In this document: positions 35,143 through 42,930 of the stretch, one piece after another
Position numbering within the stretch: position 1 is the first letter of the stretch
How the letters are laid out: the number at the start of each line of letters is the position of its first letter
Virus record (IMG/VR): IMGVR_UViG_3300027747_002221
Span: 124,001 to 188,000 of that record
Direction: 5' to 3' (one strand)
DNA length: 64,000 nucleotides
Program-made: the position numbers and the translations under genes
The notes under the pieces: generated by a model
Database searches by the model: none
Told to the model about the DNA's origin: nothing
What the model saw: the letters and a program-made list of their open reading frames with translations, nothing else

Positions 35143-35412
35143 TTAAAATAAATCAACTTGAACTTGCTTACCTATTTGAGTCGTATTGTAACTGGTCATA
35201 CCACAACCTGTTGGTAACGCCTCACCTTTTCTCTTTGCCTCATAACGCAAATGCGACAAACGCAAAACACCATCGCACGCAGCCTGCCGAAGACTATGAG
35301 TGGCAAACACGCTGGCAACACCACCTACAGTTGTGTAGATTCCAAACCCATCAATTATCACACGGATTTTCTGTGAGTTCTTAAAACCATCGATGAAAGT
35401 CTTTGTACGCAT
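35143..35412 (-). CDS. Hypothetical protein
   Basis: Likely start MRTKTF. Confidence 0.6.
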   Translation of the reverse strand: MRTKTFIDGFKNSQKIRVIIDGFGIYTTVGGVASVFATHSLRQAACDGVLRLSHLRYEAKRKGEALPTGCGMTSYNTTQIGKQVQVDLF

Positions 35413-35413
35413 T

Positions 35414-35623
35414 TTAATCCTTCTTAGGGAAACGAGCAGTCGGGTCAACTAACTTCTTCATACCTGAATTTGATTTGCCTCGAGCTGAGACTGGCTTAGG
35501 ATTTTTGCGACCTTTCAGAACTTCTACAGTTCCGCCGTTAGCTAAAAACTTTGCTAGTGCATCTTCTTGCATTTCTCGTGCTACATCCTTGGGGACTACT
35601 GGGAGATCTTTTACTTCTTGCAT
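35414..35623 (-). CDS. Small basic early protein
   Basis: 69 aa, AGGA SD, promoter upstream. Confidence 0.65.
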   Translation of the reverse strand: MQEVKDLPVVPKDVAREMQEDALAKFLANGGTVEVLKGRKNPKPVSARGKSNSGMKKLVDPTARFPKKD

Positions 35624-35649
35624 CTTGTTTCCTTTTTTGCTATGTGCTT

Positions 35650-35678
35650 ATTATAACATCTAATGGAAAATTACTCAA
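35650..35678 (-). promoter_or_regulatory. sigma70-type early promoter
   Basis: TTGAGT-17-TATAAT. Confidence 0.82.
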
Positions 35679-35702
35679 GCAATAACCATTAGAGTTAACG
35701 GG

Positions 35703-36008
35703 TTACTGTGTATTTAATGTTGGTAAGCACTCACCAATAAGCTGACGCTCAATAGCATGTGCTGCAACTTTACCTCTCACTACAGCTAATTGCTGTGCCA
35801 CGAATGATTCTGGACCAAAAGAGCGAATTGCTTCGCACAATGTCCAGGATTTGCCCTCAGTCAATGCCCGTCGTACATGCTTTTGCACACGTATTTTCAG
35901 ATCACGCTGACGAAATCCCTGCGTAATGCCTATATAGAAATCGCCTGTGACACAATTGGTCAGGCAATATACTATATGTCTACGATCAATTCTCTTTTTT
36001 CTTTTCAT
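35703..36008 (-). CDS. Stand-alone GIY-YIG nuclease domain protein
   Basis: HIVYCLTNCVTGDFYIGIT...R.QKH...AIRSFG.ESF. Confidence 0.8.
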   Translation of the reverse strand: MKRKKRIDRRHIVYCLTNCVTGDFYIGITQGFRQRDLKIRVQKHVRRALTEGKSWTLCEAIRSFGPESFVAQQLAVVRGKVAAHAIERQLIGECLPTLNTQ

Positions 36009-36014
36009 GCTATA

Positions 36015-36043
36015 ATTATAACACCTTTTGGCAAACTTGTCAA
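36015..36043 (-). promoter_or_regulatory. sigma70-type early promoter
   Basis: TTGACA-17-TATAAT, extended -10. Confidence 0.92.
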
Positions 36044-36065
36044 GTATAACCCGTCAGAGAGTAAG

Positions 36066-36091
36066 GGTAATAAAAAGGTTTTACCTTTTAG
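36066..36091. repeat. Second copy of the 26-bp repeat
   Basis: Identical to 33655-33680. Confidence 0.9.
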
Positions 36092-36306
36092 GTTTGTGTT
36101 CCAAACTTATCAGTTTCGTAAGCCCAGTGTACTGTGATCCAATCATCAATACACATTCTTTCAGTTATTTTAGGATCTGCAGGTATATTTTTGCCCGCCT
36201 TTGCCATTAACTCATACCATTTTGGAAAGTATGAAGTTAGTATTGTGTTTTCTGATAGTGTAACCGATACATCCATATCAGGTTCAGAATAAGACCAATA
36301 TTTCAT
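36088..36306 (-). CDS. Hypothetical protein
   Basis: 72-aa ORF. Confidence 0.62.
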   Translation of the reverse strand: MKYWSYSEPDMDVSVTLSENTILTSYFPKWYELMAKAGKNIPADPKITERMCIDDWITVHWAYETDKFGTQT

Positions 36307-36563
36307 TAATCATTACTCTTTTCGTGCAGTTTAGGTTGATAGAATCTTTTTTCCTGAATAGTTAATTCTTTAAAGATTTTCCTAGGGCTTGCACACATAA
36401 TACATTTAGGATTGCCACAGTCCAAAGCATGCTGTTTGACAAACTTGTGTGGTTCCTTTACATCTATACCGTGTGACTTGGCAATCTTTGTTTGCTTTTT
36501 GATATGGACTTCATCCTGATGAAGTCTTGAACTATGTTTTAGTTTGTCCTGTTCCGCGCTCAT
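36306..36563 (-). CDS. Conserved hypothetical protein with C-x4-C-x2-C motif
   Basis: HALDCGNPKCIMCASPRK; start MSAEQD. Confidence 0.68.
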   Translation of the reverse strand: MSAEQDKLKHSSRLHQDEVHIKKQTKIAKSHGIDVKEPHKFVKQHALDCGNPKCIMCASPRKIFKELTIQEKRFYQPKLHEKSND

Positions 36564-36765
36564 TATTAGCACCTTTCTCATTTTCAATTTTAGTATTAAC
36601 TTGTTCTGGATAAAAAATGGGTGCTGCCCATACACCAAATTGAATTGGCTTCCAAAACTTGTGGAAGAGATTATTTAGTAATATTAATATTACCCCAATC
36701 ACAACAAACCCTAACCCAGATAAAATGCAGCCAATTAAAAAATTTGCTGCTTGATCTATTGTCAT
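36532..36765 (-). CDS. Small membrane protein
   Basis: Hydrophobic N-terminal half. Confidence 0.6.
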   Translation of the reverse strand: MTIDQAANFLIGCILSGLGFVVIGVILILLNNLFHKFWKPIQFGVWAAPIFYPEQVNTKIENEKGANNERGTGQTKT

Positions 36766-37001
36766 AATCCTTTCTTTCTATATGCTTGCTTTTCTTCTAA
36801 TCCCACTGTCATTTTTTCATAATCTTTTTTGGTAATTTCCTTAAAAGAATGTTCCTCCACCATCTCTAATGACTTTTCAAATTCTAATAAAGAATGTAGA
36901 TTGTAACCTCTTGCAGGCACTTTAAATTTAAAGCCATCTACCAATACTACACTTATTTGGTAATAGCCATCTCTACTTATCTTTTTAGTGGTTACAGTCA
37001 T
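36762..37001 (-). CDS. Hypothetical protein
   Basis: 79 aa, ATGA overlap. Confidence 0.58.
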   Translation of the reverse strand: MTVTTKKISRDGYYQISVVLVDGFKFKVPARGYNLHSLLEFEKSLEMVEEHSFKEITKKDYEKMTVGLEEKQAYRKKGL

Positions 37002-37026
37002 AACTTCTTAGGTATTTGAAATAGTA

Positions 37027-37269
37027 TCATAGCATGAATTGTTTAAGTAATGTCTTTGCTTGCGGAAACTTGTTTGTGTTTTCCCATTCTGAGTCTGCAA
37101 CCTCAAGTATAATCAAGCGTTGTAATATATCGCAAGTGTTTTGTTCTTCTTTGGATAATGTCTCATACCAATCGAAGAATTCATTCATGTCATCAAGAGA
37201 CCACATCATATCGAGCATTTCAACTTGCTCATAGGTTAACCCGCTTATTTTGACATCTCGGGGATTCAT
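37027..37269 (-). CDS. Hypothetical early protein
   Basis: 80 aa, promoter upstream. Confidence 0.68.
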   Translation of the reverse strand: MNPRDVKISGLTYEQVEMLDMMWSLDDMNEFFDWYETLSKEEQNTCDILQRLIILEVADSEWENTNKFPQAKTLLKQFML

Positions 37270-37297
37270 AGGATTTCCTTTTGGTTGATATGTCTAT

Positions 37298-37326
37298 ATT
37301 ATATAGTCTTTTGTATTAGTTGTCAA
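37298..37326 (-). promoter_or_regulatory. sigma70-type early promoter
   Basis: TTGACA-17-TATAAT. Confidence 0.9.
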
Positions 37327-37492
37327 GTCTTTTTATACTGAGGGATTACAAGGGGGACAAAGGGGAGTTTTTGCTTTATGAGCATCTTATCCTCTTCAAA
37401 ACCTTTACTTGTAGTCCAATATTTATTTTGATTGCTAGTTTTCTTTCTTGCAATCTCATACAGTTCTCGCAAGTAATCCCGGTTAATCTCAG

Positions 37493-37636
37493 TCATAGAA
37501 GATTATTTACCTGTAAGAATTTATATAGTTTTATATAATAGGAAAAGGATGCAGGATACACTTCGGGATCGGGTAATTTCTCACCCCAGCGTTCCTGCAT
37601 TTTGGTATAAAAATCAATTATTTCTTGATCTGTCAT
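37493..37636 (-). CDS. Small conserved-type phage protein (47 aa)
   Basis: Manual: MTDQEIIDFYTKMQERWGEKLPDPEVYPASFSYYIKLYKF...; ATGA overlaps at both ends. Confidence 0.65.
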   Translation of the reverse strand: MTDQEIIDFYTKMQERWGEKLPDPEVYPASFSYYIKLYKFLQVNNLL

Positions 37637-38490
37637 ACATCAACATACTTTAAAGTAAATCTTTCAGCACGTTCTTCATAATTGTCATATCCTCTTGGAT
37701 TGCATACAATACGAGTAGAACCAATCATATAATCAAAATCCTCGTGTGTATGTCCGTGAGTCCACAACTTAATCTGAGGATGATCTAATATGAATGCAGA
37801 TAGATCTGAACTATAGCCACCGTTCATTATTTCTTCATCTTTGTATCGAGGATGAGTCGATAGTTTAGATGGTGCATGATGCCCGACAACTACAAACTTT
37901 TGATTAAATTTACCCTCAGTCATAATGCGAATGTATTCCAACATTTCTCTGTGGTCAACAACTGCATCTTCTGGTGCAAAACGACTTTTACGTTTATGAA
38001 ATTTACCATCCTCATCTTTAAAGATTGTTACCCGATTACTATTTTGAACACAACGGAAGTCATTCATCATGCTTTTCATGTGAAGTAAGGTGATTGGATC
38101 TTCATTATTCATATCAGTCCACAAGGTGCCACCGATGAATGTAGTGTCATCAATAACTTTAGTCTCCTTGTCTAGCAAATACACATTGCTTAACATATTA
38201 GAATCAAGCATTGATTGTAGTTTGTTTTTAGACTCACCAAAATCTCCGTTGTAATGCTCATGGTTACCCATGATAAAGATTACGTGTGGAAATTCGAATG
38301 AACAACGCTTAAAGAAATCTGTAATGCGATTACTGCGAGAACCCTCAAGGAAATTGTGTGGATCAGGTTGACCGATATCGGCAGCAACACAGATATCACC
38401 GCCAAGAATTAATACATCGGCGTTGTCTGTGTTTTGTAAATTGATATCACCAAACTCGAGGTGAATATCTGAGCAAATTGCTACTCTCAT
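37633..38490 (-). CDS. Calcineurin-like metallophosphoesterase
   Basis: SDIHLEF, GGDI, MGNHEHY, GGTLWTD, HHAPS, WTHGHTH, CNPRGY. Confidence 0.9.
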   Translation of the reverse strand: MRVAICSDIHLEFGDINLQNTDNADVLILGGDICVAADIGQPDPHNFLEGSRSNRITDFFKRCSFEFPHVIFIMGNHEHYNGDFGESKNKLQSMLDSNMLSNVYLLDKETKVIDDTTFIGGTLWTDMNNEDPITLLHMKSMMNDFRCVQNSNRVTIFKDEDGKFHKRKSRFAPEDAVVDHREMLEYIRIMTEGKFNQKFVVVGHHAPSKLSTHPRYKDEEIMNGGYSSDLSAFILDHPQIKLWTHGHTHEDFDYMIGSTRIVCNPRGYDNYEERAERFTLKYVDV

Positions 38491-38493
38491 AAA

Positions 38494-38799
38494 TTATTTG
38501 AATAAAATCAAAGCCATTAAAACTGCCTGTGCTATAAAACCTACACCTATAGTAATTATATTGAGTGCATCTTTAAGTACAACTGCTCTTGTGAATAATA
38601 AAACCAATCCTGCCCACATCATTAACACCACATCAAGGCTGGGTGGTTTATCACTTAGTCCTGTAAGTAATGCTAGTAATGAAGGAAGTGTTGCGCAATG
38701 TATTACTATTACTGCCAGCCAACCCATAGTGTCGGCAGAAATTTTATATAGATGCTCATTTAAAAAATTTCTAACAGCATTGATGTTAAAGAAGTTCAT
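38494..38799 (-). CDS. Membrane protein (about 3 TM)
   Basis: Hydrophobic 101-aa ORF. Confidence 0.65.
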   Translation of the reverse strand: MNFFNINAVRNFLNEHLYKISADTMGWLAVIVIHCATLPSLLALLTGLSDKPPSLDVVLMMWAGLVLLFTRAVVLKDALNIITIGVGFIAQAVLMALILFK

Positions 38800-39374
38800 G
38801 TTCTTTCTCCGTAAAAGATGTGTCTACCGATCTGTTCTATCTTTGGTTTTTTCCAATTTGGATTTACATAATCCGCGTGATAATATAATGCGTTATTTAG
38901 AGAAGGTAATCTAAAATTCTCTAATAGAACTTTCTTTGCTACCAATTCACTTTCTTCCCATAGGGGTTTGTATATTGGTCTGATTTTGTGTGTATTCTCA
39001 CAATACCAACTAAATTGACAAACTACCTTTGCATAAAAGATGTTTTTCTGATAAACAACTTCGCATACTGAATTCGCAAACTTTCCAGAATTTACTCTGT
39101 TCATAGTTACTTGTGCCACGCCTACCTTGCCTTCAAACGGTTCGGATGCCGCTTCCCAATATATGTTTCTAGTTAGGCAATCCAATTCTTTCATTCTTGT
39201 GGATGCACTAATATAGTCGGGTGGCCATGATGATTGAGTTTCTTTGAGGTTGCCTAATTTGACTTTACATGTAATTGCCACGGCGGACACTACAAGTGCA
39301 AATCCTATTATTTTAAAGAATTTCGCGGCAAAATCAACAATGGTTGCACTGTTGGTTTTTAAACTAATATCCAT
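38796..39374 (-). CDS. Cell wall hydrolase SleB/Hydrolase_2 family
   Basis: CLTRNIYWEAASEPFEGKVGVAQVTMNRV, CQFSW, ALYYHADYV.P.W, IGRHIFY. Confidence 0.92.
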   Translation of the reverse strand: MDISLKTNSATIVDFAAKFFKIIGFALVVSAVAITCKVKLGNLKETQSSWPPDYISASTRMKELDCLTRNIYWEAASEPFEGKVGVAQVTMNRVNSGKFANSVCEVVYQKNIFYAKVVCQFSWYCENTHKIRPIYKPLWEESELVAKKVLLENFRLPSLNNALYYHADYVNPNWKKPKIEQIGRHIFYGERT

Positions 39375-39464
39375 TTTTTCTCCTATTTGGATCCCCTCTC
39401 AAAAACTGAGACAAAGAGTGCATAGGGCACTATTTTTCTAAGGGATTTATTTGGTCACAGGATA

Positions 39465-39493
39465 ATTATATAGGACTTGACTAGGTTTGTCAA
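39465..39493 (-). promoter_or_regulatory. sigma70-type early promoter
   Basis: TTGACA-17-TATAAT. Confidence 0.9.
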
Positions 39494-39495
39494 GC

Positions 39496-39518
39496 GACCC
39501 GGACAACTAATCCGGGTC
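39496..39518. terminator. Perfect inverted repeat GACCCGGA-N7-TCCGGGTC (terminator or binding site)
   Basis: Read directly; separates the late block from the early block. Confidence 0.6.
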
Positions 39519-39535
39519 TCTGCTAATCCGTAAGA

Positions 39536-39931
39536 TTAAGCTTGTGTTTCTAATTTTGGCACAGTAACTGCTGTCCAATTTAATATGGATTCATCCCATG
39601 TATAGAATGTTCCTTCTGTTTCTGTTGTTGGCATAACTGCCTCAGGTTGTGCAACAGGCGGCTGCCAATAGCATGTGTTCTCATCCAAAATCCAGCTTGC
39701 AAAAGGTTGAGGTGCATAAAATGCATCTCTGCCTGCATCATATACATAACCAATGCCTGCGTAGTTTTTACGCAAAGGAGTGCCACCGTTGCGGTGTGTA
39801 CCACCTTGGGTATTGTAACTTGTTTGAACCCAAGTGCCGGGGTCTCCTACAGCACCTGTGTCAATAAAATCTTGATCAGCAACAATAACTTGTGTTACTG
39901 TTCCGTTTTCTACTTTAGCAAAATGTCCCAT
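39536..39931 (-). CDS. Tail-fibre-associated conserved protein
   Basis: MGHFAKVENGTVTQVIV...WVQTSYN...LRKNYAGIGYVYD..RDAFYAPQPF.SW.LDE.TC.W.PP. Confidence 0.7.
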   Translation of the reverse strand: MGHFAKVENGTVTQVIVADQDFIDTGAVGDPGTWVQTSYNTQGGTHRNGGTPLRKNYAGIGYVYDAGRDAFYAPQPFASWILDENTCYWQPPVAQPEAVMPTTETEGTFYTWDESILNWTAVTVPKLETQA

Positions 39932-39980
39932 TTTTTCTCCTAAAAATTTACCATTGTTGGTAATTGCTACATTGTTTATT

Positions 39981-39988
39981 TATTTATA
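39981..39988 (-). promoter_or_regulatory. Late promoter TATAAATA
   Basis: tatttata upstream of the gene starting at 39931. Confidence 0.72.
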
Positions 39989-40041
39989 TGCCTATTATAT
40001 CTAAAGTGTGTTTTTGATGTTTGAAGTTATTCGGTCTTAGT

Positions 40042-42168
40042 TTACTGTGCAAATGCAATGTAGTAATATGTGCGCCCAGAGGTGTTCAAGGTTGTGCTTG
40101 ATGCCAGTTGAAACCCGCCATTCACTTGAAGACAAACATCCCCAAGAACAGCATTTGCAACTGTTCCACTTAAATTCATACTGTAATTGTTGCCTGTGGT
40201 CATTCCTATAGCCTGGGTAAACATGAACATCCCCTCAGTAGCTTCAAAAATTATTATTGCGCCAACGGTGAAGTTGGTAAAAATTGTTTGAGCCGCGCCT
40301 GCGCCAGCATATTTGCCCGTCACTTGCACGCCAGCGCTATCAGCCCACACCATCCATGCCGACGCTTGGCCTGAAGTAAACCCATTTCCGTACGCAATCC
40401 AAGCCTCACCATCGGTATTCGGCGGGTTGTTCCAAGGGCTTGTTCCAGTCCTTGTAAAGGTACCTGAGCCAAGCGTGTAACGAGCACTTGGATCGTGCGC
40501 ATGCCACAAATACCAAGTTGCGCCAGTTGTTTCCATGTTTTTGAGCATGAAAAAAGTTGGGCGTTGCTGTAGATTCCACGCTACTTGCCCACCATCAAGT
40601 ACACTGCCAACCGTCGATCCATGATCAAACATATTGGGGTAATGATAATTTACCAATACCGCATAATTTGTGGTTGAAACAAGGTTGTTTATCTGCAAAT
40701 TTTCCCCGTCCCATCCACCTGTGTCTGTAGCAGTATTTGTGGCACCGTTTAGAGTCCATGCAAGCTGAGTGTTAGACCCTGATTGATTGTAGTATGAAAA
40801 ATGACGGCTATAAATTTTGTTAGCAACCGCACCTGTTCCGTTTCCTGAGATAACCCAAATAGTTGCCATGTTCATTGGGTATCTGTTGGGGTTTATTGAT
40901 ATGGTGGCAGATGTTGCACCCGCAGTAATTTTTTGCTGTGATTTAAACCCAGCTTGAAATGGTCTGTACTTAGCCGCATTTACATAATAGTCAGAAACTG
41001 GCTGTAGAAAACTGTAGTAATAATAAGCAATTCCGCTCACATTCCAGCCCCCAGTTCCAGCGCTGTAAGAGTAAATGCTTGTAGGGTTAACGTACTGCAC
41101 AACACTACCTGTGCCTGTGGTTAAAGCAAATGGATTGGGCGTAAGGGCACCTGCGGCACTGACTGCGGCGCTTGTTCCAAACCCATCCATAGTCCATCCC
41201 GTTGGGTGATTGGCAGCAGTGCGCGTGAACATCCCCATTGAAAGGCCGTGAGTCCATAGTTGCGATGGCGTTATTGCAGTGGTTTTTGCGGTTCCATCAC
41301 CAACGTAAAATGAACGATTGAATGCCTTTTGCGCCGCCTTGGCTCCATAACTTGCTGCCGAGTCAAACATCCAGACAACATAGGTGCTTGATGATTCGTT
41401 TGTAAACGTACCAGAGGCGTTGTAGCCAACGGTAATTGTATCAGCGCCGGCGCCAACACCTGTCCCCCATATACTGGTTCGGGACGTGTCCATCTGCGCG
41501 ACGGTTTGAACGCTTCCCGAATAACCTGTAAGCAACGTATGTGCGCTTCTAGACTGAGAGGAATTCCACCAAGACATGACGCCATCCGACTTCATAACCA
41601 TTGCCATATTTGGTTGCCAAGCCACTGCAGGTCCAGCGCCAGCGATTGCTCTGTTTGTGGCGTTGTTACCACTATAATAGTTTCTTGTAAACCCAAATGA
41701 AGTATCGCCCGCGTGAAAAGCAAAATACTTCCAAACTACCTTAGTTGTTGCATTTCCCGAGGTAATGGCCGCAGTACCAAAATTAAAAATTAAATCGGTA
41801 CCTGTGGTGCCGCCTCCATCAACTGAAGTAAGGGACTGTGCGTCAAACGATTGGCCTACTGCTCCATTTTGAATATAAGACCCGGCGCCGGGGCCAGAGT
41901 CAAAAATCAACATTGTTCCACTCTCATAACTGCGTGTCCCACTCACCACTTTACCAACCTTTATCAACATCAGGCCCCAGCCATTCGATGTGGTGACTTT
42001 GCCCGGCATCCCTGCGCAGGTAATGCTCCAAGCTGTTCCCAACCCTGTCATTACAGTGCCTGTTTGGAAAAAGTTTTCAATTGGCACACCCGAAAGAACA
42101 GCGGGTAACTTGAGATTTTGCCCAAGACCTTGCGCTGAACCTGATCCTGCTGTTGAGACAAATGGCAT
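40042..42168 (-). CDS. Putative tail fibre/receptor-binding protein
   Basis: 708 aa, G/T/S/A/aromatic-rich, recurring Y.G.G units; GC higher than flanks. Confidence 0.6.
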   Translation of the reverse strand: MPFVSTAGSGSAQGLGQNLKLPAVLSGVPIENFFQTGTVMTGLGTAWSITCAGMPGKVTTSNGWGLMLIKVGKVVSGTRSYESGTMLIFDSGPGAGSYIQNGAVGQSFDAQSLTSVDGGGTTGTDLIFNFGTAAITSGNATTKVVWKYFAFHAGDTSFGFTRNYYSGNNATNRAIAGAGPAVAWQPNMAMVMKSDGVMSWWNSSQSRSAHTLLTGYSGSVQTVAQMDTSRTSIWGTGVGAGADTITVGYNASGTFTNESSSTYVVWMFDSAASYGAKAAQKAFNRSFYVGDGTAKTTAITPSQLWTHGLSMGMFTRTAANHPTGWTMDGFGTSAAVSAAGALTPNPFALTTGTGSVVQYVNPTSIYSYSAGTGGWNVSGIAYYYYSFLQPVSDYYVNAAKYRPFQAGFKSQQKITAGATSATISINPNRYPMNMATIWVISGNGTGAVANKIYSRHFSYYNQSGSNTQLAWTLNGATNTATDTGGWDGENLQINNLVSTTNYAVLVNYHYPNMFDHGSTVGSVLDGGQVAWNLQQRPTFFMLKNMETTGATWYLWHAHDPSARYTLGSGTFTRTGTSPWNNPPNTDGEAWIAYGNGFTSGQASAWMVWADSAGVQVTGKYAGAGAAQTIFTNFTVGAIIIFEATEGMFMFTQAIGMTTGNNYSMNLSGTVANAVLGDVCLQVNGGFQLASSTTLNTSGRTYYYIAFAQ

Positions 42169-42172
42169 AATA

Positions 42173-42928
42173 CTAGGTGTAGTTGGTTCTAGATGCTAAA
42201 ACGGTGTAGGTTGCTGAGGCTGTTTTCATAATTGTGTACACGTACATATCAATACCAGTGCCAGCGCTGTTTGTTGGGGCTGTTCCAGTTGCCCATTTTG
42301 GGGTAACTGAAGTACCGTCAATCGAGAATGCTGATTGATAAAAAGTTATTGAATTTGCTGCTTGGGCGTGAGCAATTGTTATTGCGCTTCCAACAGACAA
42401 TACTGAGTTCAATGTGGTTGTTGAATTAGCCCTGACGTTCAACGTCCAGTTGTTTACGGCGTTAGCTGTATTGTACAAAACTGATTGCGTACTTACGTCG
42501 TAGTTGAATGTTGCTGTCGGCGCGGGTGATGAAATTGTTGCGGTTTCAATTAACGCAGTCACAACCGAATTATTTGCAATACTTCCACTTGCACTGTTAC
42601 TTGTAACAGTAACTGCACTACCTACGACTGTAGCAGTTACTCCAGTACCTACAAAATTAATACTTGTTGTGGCTGTGGATAAAATGTTACCCTCATCAGA
42701 CACGGTTAACGCACTACCACCGCCCCCACTTACGTTGGCAGTTATTGTATTATTTGCAGAAATAAGAATATTATTACCTGCATTTAATACAACAGGAGAG
42801 TAATCATCCCACTGAACAGATGTTCCCCTCAATGCAATTAACTTATATAACTTATTAGTTGTGGGATTATACCATTCATCCCCGAGAGCCCCATTTGGGG
42901 GCTGGGTTGTAGATACTATATGAGCCAT
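42173..42928 (-). CDS. Virion structural/tail-fibre protein
   Basis: 251 aa; C-terminal TPKWATGTAP...GIDMYVYTIMKT domain. Confidence 0.6.
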   Translation of the reverse strand: MAHIVSTTQPPNGALGDEWYNPTTNKLYKLIALRGTSVQWDDYSPVVLNAGNNILISANNTITANVSGGGGSALTVSDEGNILSTATTSINFVGTGVTATVVGSAVTVTSNSASGSIANNSVVTALIETATISSPAPTATFNYDVSTQSVLYNTANAVNNWTLNVRANSTTTLNSVLSVGSAITIAHAQAANSITFYQSAFSIDGTSVTPKWATGTAPTNSAGTGIDMYVYTIMKTASATYTVLASRTNYT

Positions 42929-42930
42929 TT

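Noticed and set aside
37549-37600. Inverted repeat ATGCAGGA...TCCTGCAT suggesting a structured RNA
   Set aside because: It lies inside a credible 47-codon ORF (37493..37636) that is coupled by ATGA overlaps on both sides.
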